A stretch of 64,000 bases of DNA from Candidatus Latescibacterota bacterium (GTDB lineage: Bacteria > Latescibacterota > UBA2968 > UBA8231). The translations under genes and the position numbers were made by a program. The notes beneath the pieces are model-generated. The model had not been told where the DNA came from and did not search any database. It saw only the letters and a list, made by a program, of their open reading frames with translations. The stretch spans positions 5,184,001 to 5,248,000 of the forward strand of contig OZ241867.1 of NCBI GenBank assembly GCA_965203175.1. The letters run 5' to 3'. Below are positions 1 to 9,741 of the stretch, one piece after another (within the stretch, counting starts at the first letter, position 1; every line of letters starts with the position of its first letter).

Positions 1-2
1 TG

Positions 3-1082
3 TCTGGTAGTGGTCCGGTAGCACTTCCCATAATCGAAGCAAAGGTCCTCGGCGAAATTTCCAATTTGTCCGCCCCGTTCAAGTTTGCAACGCTAAACCC
101 AACGGTGCGGGGAATTCTAACCGAAGACCGTTTGCCCGCGGTGCGCGGCGTGCTCGGCGAGCAACCAAGATTAGTACCTATTAGGAGCGTCTATGCGTTT
201 CCGTCAGGGAACAGAATCGAACTTATGCACCGAATGGCCAGTGTCGGCTCATATACCGCGAGCGATCTCATCTCCAATGCTTTTTTTGCTCCCTTGGCCA
301 ATCGGGTTGACAACGATCCTAATTACAGTATCCGCGTTGCGACGGGCATTTCTTTTGCCGGCACCTATTCAGCAGCACTCACTCGTTCCCGGCTCTACTC
401 CGCGCCAGGCGGCCAGCTCATGGCTTCCATTTCCGCTGCCTATGACGACGTGTCACTTGCACTCGAAGAACTTATGACGCGGTCCGATCACGCCGTATAT
501 GTACGCAGGGCTGGGGTTCATGTCGAATTGATTCCCGAGACTCGTTTTGCCACCGTGACGCAGGTTGCGGCCGACGAGGTTATCAGTCTTGGGAGTACGC
601 TGGATATTACTACTTCGCTGCGCGTGGGACGGTACCGCGACCAGCAAGTCGAGCTGTCCCTTAGCGTGCCGGATACCCTGCTCCCTGGCTTTTACCAACT
701 CGAAGTAGGGTCTACCGCAGAATTAGGGCCCGATGCGCTGTCGTTCGGCCCACCGCCGGGCCCTCCTGAGGGTGAGGAAACGCTCGACGATATTTTTGCG
801 CGTCTGAATAAACCCGACGAGAATATCCTCTTAAAAGCTCGCCTGTCGTTTGTCGCGCCACCTCGTCCCGAGCCGTCTGAGCTTGAGAGCAGCGAAGGGG
901 AACCTGAAGGTGGTGAAGGCGAAGAGGGCGAATCCGCAGGCCACTTTGATGAACTGCCGCCGCCCATATCTCTTCGTCCTAGCCGTCCTCTCCCACCCCC
1001 AGCACCTATTTCTACGCAGGAAGACGTCGATTTAGTGCTCCAAGGTATTCAAACCTTTAATATAGAAGTAGTGGCCTTCTAA
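3..1082 (+). CDS. SpoIVB/peptidase S55-like protein, C-terminal part (5' truncated by window edge)
   Basis: Frame is open from base 3. The segment LPIIEAKVLGEISNLSAPFKFAT...GILTEDRLPAVRGVLGEQPRLVPI resembles the end of the S55 domain. Acidic/Pro-rich segments lie near the C-terminus. The catalytic region is outside the window. Confidence 0.5.
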   Translation, partial: SGSGPVALPIIEAKVLGEISNLSAPFKFATLNPTVRGILTEDRLPAVRGVLGEQPRLVPIRSVYAFPSGNRIELMHRMASVGSYTASDLISNAFFAPLANRVDNDPNYSIRVATGISFAGTYSAALTRSRLYSAPGGQLMASISAAYDDVSLALEELMTRSDHAVYVRRAGVHVELIPETRFATVTQVAADEVISLGSTLDITTSLRVGRYRDQQVELSLSVPDTLLPGFYQLEVGSTAELGPDALSFGPPPGPPEGEETLDDIFARLNKPDENILLKARLSFVAPPRPEPSELESSEGEPEGGEGEEGESAGHFDELPPPISLRPSRPLPPPAPISTQEDVDLVLQGIQTFNIEVVAF

Positions 1083-2173
1083 TAATCCGCCACAGACCCA
1101 TCCCGCAGCCGATTGTCCGGCCACTTAAACTGCCGTTCGCGCTCCTGCCCCACGGCAATGGCCTTTTCCTCGTCAATCTCCACTCCCAACCCCGGCCCCT
1201 CCGGCAGCGACGCATATCCCTCCGCATCCAAGGTCCACGTCTTGTGCGCCACGCCTTCCGGCAACTGGTGCTCGTAGCCCTCGTGGATGAGGAAAAACGC
1301 CACTGAGGCCGCCACGTGTAAGCTCGCCGTCAGGCCCAGAAACGACATGGTGCAATGCGGGGCAATCGGCACGTGATGCGCCTCGCACAGCGCGGCGACC
1401 TTCTGCATCTGGCTGATACCGCCGCCGTGGCCGCAGTCGGGTTGCAGGATATCTACTACTTGGGCCTCCAAAATCTCGCGCACCTCCCAAATGGTGCGGT
1501 CGCGCTCGCCGGTCGCCAATGGCACGGGCACAGCCTCGCGCAGTTTGTGCATGGCCTCGATGTTGCCCGGCATCCACGCCTCTTCCAAAAAGAGCAAATC
1601 GTCTGGCTTGAGATAACCGGCAAACTGCTTGACCAGCGGCAGCGGCAACATGCTGTGCGCATCGAACATCACCGCCCCATCCGGCCCCACCTTGGCGCGC
1701 GCGTCGGCCACCCGCTGCACCAACTCCGCCACCTCGGCTGGCGTCCCCGCGTGATATTGCGCGCCCCCAGGGCCGACCTTGATCGCCTTGGGACTGGGAT
1801 ACATCCACACCTTGTCGCGGCAGGGGCCGCCCAACAGGCGATACACCGGCACCTGATAGAGCTTGCCAGCAATGTCCCACAGCGCCATGTCAATGGCCGA
1901 AATCACGTGCACCATCAGCCCGCCGCCGCGCAGATTGCGATGGGCGCGGAACATCCGCTGCCAGTGGTGCTCGATGCGCGTCGGGTTTTCGCCGACGACG
2001 AGCGAGCCCAGCGACTCGGCCAAGGCACAGGCGACCTTGGTCTCCATGTTGTTGATCTCACCCCAGCCGACCACCCCCATATTCGTCTCCACCTTCACGT
2101 AGCCCTTGGCCCCCACCGGAATGGCCGTCAGGCGCTCGACCCGAATAGCCGAGCCGCGATCTTCCACTGTCAT
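1079..2173 (-). CDS. mandelate racemase/muconate lactonizing enzyme family protein (galactonate dehydratase-like)
   Basis: GWGE, SAIDMALWDIAGK..PVYRLLGG, metal ligands FDAH/LEE/TGER, QPD, PHC, PGLGVE. AGGAGG RBS before ATG at 2173. Confidence 0.88.
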   Translation of the reverse strand: MTVEDRGSAIRVERLTAIPVGAKGYVKVETNMGVVGWGEINNMETKVACALAESLGSLVVGENPTRIEHHWQRMFRAHRNLRGGGLMVHVISAIDMALWDIAGKLYQVPVYRLLGGPCRDKVWMYPSPKAIKVGPGGAQYHAGTPAEVAELVQRVADARAKVGPDGAVMFDAHSMLPLPLVKQFAGYLKPDDLLFLEEAWMPGNIEAMHKLREAVPVPLATGERDRTIWEVREILEAQVVDILQPDCGHGGGISQMQKVAALCEAHHVPIAPHCTMSFLGLTASLHVAASVAFFLIHEGYEHQLPEGVAHKTWTLDAEGYASLPEGPGLGVEIDEEKAIAVGQERERQFKWPDNRLRDGSVADY

Positions 2174-2202
2174 GTGTTTCCTCCTAGTTTTAAGATTTGC
2201 CT

Positions 2203-2841
2203 CTAACGCCATTCTCCTTCGATTGCGACCCGTTCAACCTCCGCTGCCAGCCGCTGGAATGCGGCTAATCCGTACAGAATACTAAAATCGTCAATCATTT
2301 CAGCCACTCGATGGGCACTTGATCGCCAACTGAAACGCTCTAGGCGGCGCCCTTGAAGGCCGCTTGCCTGACGCAGGAGTTCGCTGATGCGTTGTTTGGG
2401 ATCGGCCAACTCTTCGAGTCTTTGCACATCCGGCATATCTAGCGGCTGAGTGCCATTTGGATTGCCTGCAGCCCTTCTTAACGCAGCTTCGTCGATGAGC
2501 AGCCAAGCCTCCTGCATCCGTACAGGCACCACGCAGACAACGCACACCGAATCTTCCACAGAGCTTTCCTCTATGGCCCTACGGATCTCTGCCTCACGCT
2601 CTTCGATTGAAGCACTCTCCGCGTCCCGATGCCCAAAGAGTAGATCGCAAGGATACAGTTCAACACTCCGGTTAATTCGTTCGGAAAGTTCCTTGGGAGG
2701 GCGTGGCAGGAGACGCAAATCGGCAAACTCTGCCTGGATGGGAATAGCCCCACAGCACTGGCGCAACAGCCAAGTGAGAATCGGTAGAAGAGCGCGGTCA
2801 GAAGATCCATCCGCCACCGGAGTATAGCGCAATCGCTGCAT
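2203..2841 (-). CDS. DUF4276/RloB-like TOPRIM-fold protein
   Basis: ADGSSD, HRDAE and PVRMQEAWLL motifs. Lies directly downstream of an ABC-type ATPase. Confidence 0.7.
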   Translation of the reverse strand: MQRLRYTPVADGSSDRALLPILTWLLRQCCGAIPIQAEFADLRLLPRPPKELSERINRSVELYPCDLLFGHRDAESASIEEREAEIRRAIEESSVEDSVCVVCVVPVRMQEAWLLIDEAALRRAAGNPNGTQPLDMPDVQRLEELADPKQRISELLRQASGLQGRRLERFSWRSSAHRVAEMIDDFSILYGLAAFQRLAAEVERVAIEGEWR

Positions 2842-2853
2842 CTGACGCCAGAT

Positions 2854-4305
2854 TTACCAAGAAGGAGACAGAAGGAGTTGCTGCATATCTTCCCTATCGA
2901 CTACCCGCTTCTTTCTTGCTGCCTCTGCGTACTTCTTAGGAATCACCGGATTCAGATAGGCAAGCAGATCACCGCGAACGGCGTCTTCGCTCACGTTGGC
3001 TCGCCAAGTATCGGACAAGCAGAGAAAATGGGCCTTTTTGCAGAGGCGTCCCTCTCTGTCTTTGGCTTCTTTTGCTTTTACGAATACAACACTCTCATCA
3101 GGGACTTGCTGAAATACTACAGGCGAGTGGGTATTGACAATCACTTGGCGCAAGGGATTATCCTCCCCAATAGGCTTTTGGGTATCCACCGCAATATCAC
3201 TGAGTAACTGCAGTATGGCCGGAATTCGCGCTGGATGAATGCCGTTTTCCGGCTCCTCCAAACAGAGTACTCCCTGCATCTGTGGGTCGATCTCTAAGAC
3301 GGCTAGCGCGAGGAAACGCAAGGTACCATCCGACAGGGCGCGTGCAGGGTGCTGGGTCCCCTCCCCGTTTTTTACATATAAAGTCAGTAGCTCCCGCTTC
3401 TCATCTCGTTCTATATCGATATCATTCACATCGTCAATAAGCTCGGCCAAGCGGTTGGCGATCTGGCTATATATGGCACCTCTTACTTGTTGCCCATCAT
3501 GGCGAGCCAAGCAATACAAGGTAGCCGCCAGATAGCGACCATCCGCTCCTAAATGGGTAGGAGAAACAAATTCATCGGGCCTTCTTAGTGCCGAAGGTTC
3601 CAATTGCAGCATCTGCCAGGATTCCATCTCTCGGCGAGCGACTAACACCGTAGGGCTTTCCGCCGCATTGGCTATGGAAAGCACCGTGCGCGGCAGGTTG
3701 TCGGCAGATCGGGGCAAAGGACGACCACTGCTGCCGCCATCCTGATGTAGTTTTATGACTCTGTTCTCGCCCTCATCGGCGGTTGAAATGAAGGGAGTAT
3801 GGCGCTTACCGCACACTGCGGATTTGCGCCAGTCCTTTGCACTGTGAGGAAATAAAAGATGTTGGGAGGCATCGCGTTGGGCGATGGGGACCAATTCTTC
3901 TTTGACAATAGCGAGAGCACCTCGCACTAAGCTATCGTCCGTCTCTCGGTAGGCAAGCTCTAGAGAATAACGCAAAGACGTAATACTGGCCTCAGCCTCC
4001 TGCCCTAAGTCATCGATGGCCCGACGGGGCACGATCATCTCTGCCTCAAAGGTTATGCGCTCGGCATAGTGGTCTCCCACTCGGTGGAAAAGGTCGCGCA
4101 CGGCGGCGGTGCGGCTGTCTTGGTCGCGCACGGCGGCGGCGGCCTCCATGAGCGTGTGATTGGCCAGTGCGCTCAGAAACCGAATCGCGTCGAACAGGTT
4201 CGACTTACCCACCCCATTCGGCCCAACCACACAGGTAAACGGACCGAGGTACAAATCCACATCCACCAAGTTTTTGAAGTTAGAGACTTTCAGTCGAGTT
4301 AACAT
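2854..4305 (-). CDS. AAA_21/SMC-like ABC-family ATPase
   Basis: N-terminal LKVSNFKNL, Walker A GPNGVGKSN, signature LSDGT, Walker B/D-loop LEEPENGIHP, H-loop NTHSP. GGAG RBS. Confidence 0.9.
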   Translation of the reverse strand: MLTRLKVSNFKNLVDVDLYLGPFTCVVGPNGVGKSNLFDAIRFLSALANHTLMEAAAAVRDQDSRTAAVRDLFHRVGDHYAERITFEAEMIVPRRAIDDLGQEAEASITSLRYSLELAYRETDDSLVRGALAIVKEELVPIAQRDASQHLLFPHSAKDWRKSAVCGKRHTPFISTADEGENRVIKLHQDGGSSGRPLPRSADNLPRTVLSIANAAESPTVLVARREMESWQMLQLEPSALRRPDEFVSPTHLGADGRYLAATLYCLARHDGQQVRGAIYSQIANRLAELIDDVNDIDIERDEKRELLTLYVKNGEGTQHPARALSDGTLRFLALAVLEIDPQMQGVLCLEEPENGIHPARIPAILQLLSDIAVDTQKPIGEDNPLRQVIVNTHSPVVFQQVPDESVVFVKAKEAKDREGRLCKKAHFLCLSDTWRANVSEDAVRGDLLAYLNPVIPKKYAEAARKKRVVDREDMQQLLLSPSW

Positions 4306-4473
4306 AGGTCATCTCCTCATTGGGAGGGCTTCATCTCTTGGTTCGTCCACGCCCGCTCACTGTGCCAGATATCCAATAATAGGCAACCCCTTAAACCCCT
4401 GCTACTCGATTGGCCCTACCGACGCCTCGTTCTTAGCTTAAACAAATACCCGCACCTAAAGACAGGAGATATC

Positions 4474-5214
4474 ATGGTCGAAACTAACGACATTCAACGC
4501 CCCCCCAAAGACCTCATCGATGCCCTCGCCCCGATCTCCAGTGCGACCGCAGCCGGCGAACTGGCCCGCTTAGGCATCCGCGACCCCCACATCCAAGGCC
4601 CAGTTGCCCGCATCCCGGGCAAACACGTCGTCGGCCCAGCCCTGACCTTGCAGTTCATGCCCAAACGCGAGGACCAATACTCGGTCGATGAATACGCCGA
4701 CCCAGAAAAACAGCTCCACCGCCACGCCCTGTACCACACCCAACCCGGCGACATCATCGTCGTCGATGCGCGCGGCGACATGCACAGCGGAGTCTTCGGC
4801 GAAATGATGCTCACCTTCTTCATGGGGCGCGGCGGCATCGGCGCGGTCATCGACGGCTGCATCCGCGACTTCCCCCAGGTGCTCAAAGACCTCGACATCG
4901 GACTGTGGCTGCGCGGCACAACCCCCAACTTCCACACCCAGACCAACATCTTTCCCTTCGCGGTCAACGTGCCCATCGCCTGCGGCGACACCCTCGTCAT
5001 GCCCGGCGACATCATCGTCGCCGACGACGACGGTGCCACCGTCGTCCCAGCCCAACTCGCCCCCGAACTAACCGAAAAGGCCCAAGCCCACGCCGAGTGG
5101 GAGGACTTCAGCCGCATGAAGCTGGCCGAGGGCGGACACCTGCGCAAGTACTATCCACTCAGCGAAGAAGCCCGCGCCGAATACGAAGCCTGGCGCGCCG
5201 AACAGGGACAATAG
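4474..5214 (+). CDS. RraA family / HMG-CHA aldolase-like protein
   Basis: VVGPALT, PGDIIVVDA, GVFGEMM, VIDGCIRD, VMPGDIIVADDDG. AGGAG RBS. Confidence 0.88.
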   Translation: MVETNDIQRPPKDLIDALAPISSATAAGELARLGIRDPHIQGPVARIPGKHVVGPALTLQFMPKREDQYSVDEYADPEKQLHRHALYHTQPGDIIVVDARGDMHSGVFGEMMLTFFMGRGGIGAVIDGCIRDFPQVLKDLDIGLWLRGTTPNFHTQTNIFPFAVNVPIACGDTLVMPGDIIVADDDGATVVPAQLAPELTEKAQAHAEWEDFSRMKLAEGGHLRKYYPLSEEARAEYEAWRAEQGQ

Positions 5215-5217
5215 CCC

Positions 5218-6978
5218 ATGACCTCGCGCCCCAACATCGTCTTCGTCCTCACCGACGACCAAGGCTACGGCGACTTGGGCTGTCACGGCAACAGCGCGAT
5301 CCGCACGCCTTGCCTCGACCGCTTCCACCAAGACGCCGTGCGCTGCACCGACTACCACGTCGGCTCCACCTGCGCCCCCACCCGCGCCGGCCTGCTCACC
5401 GGCCACTACTGCAACAGCGCTGGCGTCTGGCACACCATCGGCGGCCGCTCGCTGCTGCGCGCCGACGAGTGGACCCTCGCGGACGCACTCACTGGCGCGG
5501 GCTACCGCACCGGGCACTTTGGCAAGTGGCACCTCGGCGACAGCCCGCCCTACCGGCCGCACGAGCGCGGCTTTGCCGAATCCATCTATCACGCTGGCGG
5601 CGGCATCGGCAACACGGGCGACCCTTGGGGCAACGACTACTTTGACGACACCTATTTCAAAAACGGCGTCCCCACCCCGTACGAGGGCTACTGCACGGAC
5701 GTGTTCTTCCGCGAGGGGCAACGCTTTATCGCAGAAAACGCCGACGGCCCCTTCTTCTGCTACATCGCCACCAACGCGCCGCACGGACCGCTCAACGTCG
5801 AACCGCACTACGTCGAACAATACCGCGACGCCACCCCACACGAAGAACGCGCCCGCTTCTACGGCATGATCACCAACATCGACGAAAACTTCGGTCGCTT
5901 GCAGACCACGCTCGACGAATTGGGCATCGCCGACAATACCATCCTCATCTTTATGACCGACAACGGCACGGCCACCGGCGTCGAGCTAGACGCCGATCAG
6001 TTCCCCCGTGAAGGGCCGGGCAGTTACAACGCCGGAATGCGCGGCAAAAAAGGCTCCCCGTACGAAGGCGGCCATCGCGTGCCCTTCCTCATCCACTATC
6101 CCAACGGGCATATCGCCGGCGGCCGCGACATCGACGCACTGACCAGCTACGTGGATTTCATGCCGACCCTGCTCGACCTGTGCGGAGTCGAAGTCTCGGC
6201 CGGCCGCACTTTCCACGGCCAGAGCCTGGTACCACTGCTGCGCGGCGCAGACGATGCTTTAGCTGACCGCGTCAACGTCTGCGACACTCAGCGCGTGGCC
6301 CATCCGGTCAAATGGCGCAAGAGTTCGGTGATGAAAGGCAAGTGGCGGCTCATCGACGGCCGCGCGCTCTACGACTTAGGCACGGATCCCGGCCAGCGTC
6401 AGGACATCGCCACTGAGCATCCTGACACCGTCGCCGACCTGCGCGCTGCGTACGATGCCTGGTGGGAGCTCATATCCGAGCAATTCGACCGCGACGAGCC
6501 GATTGCCTTGGGCGGGGACGACCAACCCGTCAAACTCACCACCCATGACATCCGCAATGAGGCGTGCAGCGCCGTCTGGAATCACCGTCAGGTCCGCACC
6601 GGGCAGATCACGAGTGGTTTTTGGGCCGTTGATGTCAAAGAAGCGGGCCGCTACCAGATTGAGCTGCGGCGCTGGCCCGAGGAAACCGGCTATGCGCTTG
6701 CTGCGGGGATCGAAGGCGACGACAGCGGCTGGTACCGCGCCGGCATTGAGTCGAAAAATGCTCCAGCCTACGAGGGCGGCGTCGCCCTCGCCCTCGGCTG
6801 GGCACAACTATCCATCGGCGGCCAGAATCTCCAGCAAGAAGTCGATCCTACTGCGACGAGCGCCTGTTTTGAGATCGATCTCGCCGCTGGCTTTGACCGA
6901 CTCTACGCCTCGTTCCACGACCACGCCGAGCGGACCATCGCCCCTTACTACGTGTACGTGCGGCGACTGTTTGAGTAA
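5218..6978 (+). CDS. arylsulfatase (Cys-type, formylglycine-dependent)
   Basis: RPNIVFVLTDDQGYGD, CAPTRAGLLTG (CxPxR), GKWHLG, TDNG, KGSPYEGGHRVP. Confidence 0.95.
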   Translation: MTSRPNIVFVLTDDQGYGDLGCHGNSAIRTPCLDRFHQDAVRCTDYHVGSTCAPTRAGLLTGHYCNSAGVWHTIGGRSLLRADEWTLADALTGAGYRTGHFGKWHLGDSPPYRPHERGFAESIYHAGGGIGNTGDPWGNDYFDDTYFKNGVPTPYEGYCTDVFFREGQRFIAENADGPFFCYIATNAPHGPLNVEPHYVEQYRDATPHEERARFYGMITNIDENFGRLQTTLDELGIADNTILIFMTDNGTATGVELDADQFPREGPGSYNAGMRGKKGSPYEGGHRVPFLIHYPNGHIAGGRDIDALTSYVDFMPTLLDLCGVEVSAGRTFHGQSLVPLLRGADDALADRVNVCDTQRVAHPVKWRKSSVMKGKWRLIDGRALYDLGTDPGQRQDIATEHPDTVADLRAAYDAWWELISEQFDRDEPIALGGDDQPVKLTTHDIRNEACSAVWNHRQVRTGQITSGFWAVDVKEAGRYQIELRRWPEETGYALAAGIEGDDSGWYRAGIESKNAPAYEGGVALALGWAQLSIGGQNLQQEVDPTATSACFEIDLAAGFDRLYASFHDHAERTIAPYYVYVRRLFE

Positions 6979-7015
6979 CACGGACTAGTTAGATTCTGCC
7001 AGTCAAAGAGAGCAG

Positions 7016-7879
7016 TCAGAGAATCTCAGAATCGAAATGGTGAACAACGCGCTCCAAATCGGACTTATTCTGTGCTGCAATAACCGAGCTCTGAGCAAAC
7101 GAAGACATGTTGACTCTGTCAATTTCCTCCGACTCTAATTGGAGCAAGCACTCTTTATCAGGAGTGCCGCGGATTGATATAGCAACGTCAGGGTCTACAG
7201 GAAGCCATTCAAAAGGATTGTCATCCATTGCTGAATTGCGAATTACAGCACAACTGCCTATAACGAATTTGACTTTTGGTTCGCAAATAACCCCGAAAAG
7301 CAAGCCATAGTTGCCAATGTAGCGTTCAATTTCTCCACTGAGTTGGGAAGGCAACCCAGCCGCAAAACGGGCTCGGTTGTTATGTACGATCTTCTTCTTG
7401 AGTTCTATCCATCGAGGATCTGAGCCGAACATGTGCCTATCAGGGACCGGTATGTCTTGGTTATTGAGCAATCGGCGATACGCTTCATAAACAGCATCAT
7501 CGACTCTCATTGCTCTCAGAATCTGTTGAGCATGTTTCGGATTTCGTAACACCATGTGAATAAAGAATCGCTTACAAGCCGCTCTATGTTCTGGAGACAA
7601 TTTGGGGAAACGATTCATTTTTACAGCCTTGATGATCTTGAGAATAGCAGGCTCAGCATCACTTTCAATTCTGCTAAGTCTCTCCTCAGCTTCCCAGTTG
7701 TCTCGTCGACCTCCATCTCCGTACTGGGTATTGAGATGGTTCACTTTAAATAAATCGCTGTTTTTGCGGAACTTTCCTGTGGTTCTGTCGAAAACCTGAA
7801 GCAATCCGCTATCATCTTTGAAATTTTTCAACAACATCCGTGGGATGTAATGATGTTTCTTTGACTGAGTAGTCTCCAT
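7016..7879 (-). CDS. DUF4238 domain-containing protein
   Basis: N-terminal KKHHYIPRMLLKNF and E..LS.IE motifs. Lower GC than flanks. AGGAG RBS. Confidence 0.75.
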   Translation of the reverse strand: METTQSKKHHYIPRMLLKNFKDDSGLLQVFDRTTGKFRKNSDLFKVNHLNTQYGDGGRRDNWEAEERLSRIESDAEPAILKIIKAVKMNRFPKLSPEHRAACKRFFIHMVLRNPKHAQQILRAMRVDDAVYEAYRRLLNNQDIPVPDRHMFGSDPRWIELKKKIVHNNRARFAAGLPSQLSGEIERYIGNYGLLFGVICEPKVKFVIGSCAVIRNSAMDDNPFEWLPVDPDVAISIRGTPDKECLLQLESEEIDRVNMSSFAQSSVIAAQNKSDLERVVHHFDSEIL

Positions 7880-7905
7880 CTATCTCCTAGCCTGAATTAC
7901 AACAG

Positions 7906-8157
7906 TTAAAACCTACCGCCCTTACCTTTTACAGAATCCAAATACAATGTATCAGGACATATATCTTGTCCATGAGGCCAAACAACGGTTCCATCCATTG
8001 CTTTTGCCTTCTTAAAGTAACTTTTATCCTGTAACTCTTGAAATACACCGAAATCCAATAATCCAGAACAGTCATAGAATCCCTGCTCTCCATTATCGAA
8101 AAGCAGCTTCAATTTATGCCCTTCTATTGCAGTGGCTTCTAATATTCTTGGATTCAT
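7906..8157 (-). CDS. DUF2442 family protein (putative antitoxin)
   Basis: LKLLFDNGE...GVFQEL...GTVVWPHGQDICPDTLY. Directly downstream of a DUF4160 gene. Confidence 0.85.
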   Translation of the reverse strand: MNPRILEATAIEGHKLKLLFDNGEQGFYDCSGLLDFGVFQELQDKSYFKKAKAMDGTVVWPHGQDICPDTLYLDSVKGKGGRF

Positions 8158-8438
8158 AAATCTTACCTCAAAGGGTCAATTTTATAGGGTTGTTGTCCAG
8201 ATACAGTAAGTTCCCAGTCTGCCACAAGTTCATCTTTGTGCAATTCAATCCACGCTTGTAAAAGTTTCATTTTTGAGTTCGGAATACTACCATCAAGAAC
8301 CTCTCCATCAGGTATTGCAACGATCACCTCTTGACCTTGATACTTAGCGTGTATATGTGGCCTATTGTGGCCTGCCCCCTTAAACCTGGACAGGTTTGGA
8401 TGTGAGTATTTTCTTGTTTCTTAACGAGGAGCATACTC

Positions 8439-8714
8439 ATGAAGCGCAAAGGGAGCAAATCTCGTACTGTCGAGCAAATTATCCGCATTTTGCGGCAGGC
8501 GGATGGCGGCCAAACGGTGGCCGAACTCTGTCGCGTGCATAACATCGCCGAAGGCACCTTCTATCGCTGGAAAAAGCAATACGGCGGTATGGATGTAGCC
8601 GATGCCAAGCGCTTGAAAGCGTTAGAAAAAGAAAACGCCGAGTTGAAAAAGATGCTGGCCGAAGCGATGCTGGATAATCGGGTGTTGCAAGCGATCAACG
8701 CAAAAAAATGGTAA
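8439..8714 (+). CDS. IS3 transposase OrfA (HTH + leucine zipper)
   Basis: EQIIRIL...VAELCR.HNI..GTFYRWKKQYGG...LKALEKENAELKK. A7 slippery run at 8702-8708 in the orfA/orfB overlap. Confidence 0.92.
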   Translation: MKRKGSKSRTVEQIIRILRQADGGQTVAELCRVHNIAEGTFYRWKKQYGGMDVADAKRLKALEKENAELKKMLAEAMLDNRVLQAINAKKW

Positions 8715-9571
8715 GCCCGTCGCATAAAAAACGAGCCGTCCACTATGTCGCCGAACAGGGGATGTGCTCGACGCGGCGGGCCTGCCTTGTGGTCGGGCTG
8801 GCGCCCTCGAGTTATTATCATCGGCCGCAAGGCCCCACCGACCGGCGGCAGCGGCTGGAGCAGCGCATTATCACCTTGTCGAAACAGCATCCGCGCTGGG
8901 GCTATCGGCTTATTCATCAGCTCTTATGCCGCGAGGGTTGGACGGTCAATCGCAAACGCGTCCAGCGGGTGCGGCGGCAAGCCGGGTTAGGCGTACCACC
9001 GGTGGAGCGCCGGAAACGGTGCCCCCGGTCGGCGCGGCGCACTCCGGTGCAGGCGGCCTATCCCGGCCATGTCTGGTCATGGGATTTCATTTTGGATCGA
9101 ACCACCGACGGTCGGCCGGTGAAGATGCTGACGGTCGTAGATGAATATACCCGGCAGTGTTTGGTCATTCACCCGGCGCGTTCGATCCCCAGTGACCACG
9201 TGTTGGATACGCTTCAAGCGCTGGTCGAAGCGTGGGGCGCACCGGCGTTTATGCGCTCGGATAATGGCTCGGAATTTATCGCCCGACTCATTCAGGATTG
9301 GTGCGCTGCCGCCGACATCCAGACGCTGTATATCGAGCCGGGTAGCCCGTGGCAAAATGGCCTCATCGAAAGTTTTCATAGCCGTTTTCGAGCCGAGTGT
9401 CTTACGCCAGAAATCTTCTTTTCGATCGCCGAAGCCCGCGTCGTCGTGGAGGACTATCGGTGCCTGTACAACCAGCAACGACCCCATAGTAGCCTCGGAT
9501 ATAAAACACCCGATGAATTTGCCCAAGCCCTAAACTATCAGCCCGCCGAGACCCGGCCAACTCACATCTAA
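8708..9571 (+). CDS. IS3 transposase OrfB (DDE integrase core), expressed via -1 frameshift
   Basis: WSWDF, VVDEYTR, RSDNGSEF, PWQNGLIESF, YN..RPHSSLGY.TP. In the -1 frame relative to orfA. Confidence 0.95.
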   Translation: MVSPSHKKRAVHYVAEQGMCSTRRACLVVGLAPSSYYHRPQGPTDRRQRLEQRIITLSKQHPRWGYRLIHQLLCREGWTVNRKRVQRVRRQAGLGVPPVERRKRCPRSARRTPVQAAYPGHVWSWDFILDRTTDGRPVKMLTVVDEYTRQCLVIHPARSIPSDHVLDTLQALVEAWGAPAFMRSDNGSEFIARLIQDWCAAADIQTLYIEPGSPWQNGLIESFHSRFRAECLTPEIFFSIAEARVVVEDYRCLYNQQRPHSSLGYKTPDEFAQALNYQPAETRPTHI

Positions 9572-9741
9572 AGTGATCCAAGCTTTGGGGGCCGCTCAAT
9601 TGTGCTGCCTATTGTCCATGAAATACATATAGACAATTATCCCATAAAACATAGATATCGCCGGCATTTATCCCCCCGTGCAATATAGCTTGTAAAAAAT
9701 TATTATACGTATACCTTGTCAATGGATAACTGCCCCACCCG

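Larger units (their letters stand above)
8368..9598 (+). mobile_element. IS3-family insertion sequence (1231 bp, probably IS407-like group)
   Basis: TG...CA ends. Imperfect terminal inverted repeats TGGCCTGCCCCCTTAAACCTGGA versus rc TGAGCGGCCCCCAAAGCTTGGA. 4-bp target duplication ATTG at 8364-8367 and 9599-9602. Contains orfA and orfB. Confidence 0.95.
8163..9667 (-). pseudogene. DUF4160 family protein (putative toxin) interrupted by IS3
   Basis: The 5' part (9667-9599) reads MPAISMFYGIIVYMYFMDNRQH and the 3' part (to 8163) reads NRPHIHAKYQGQEV...LLQAWIELHKDELVADWE...IDPLR*. They rejoin in frame once the IS and one ATTG copy are removed. Confidence 0.9.
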
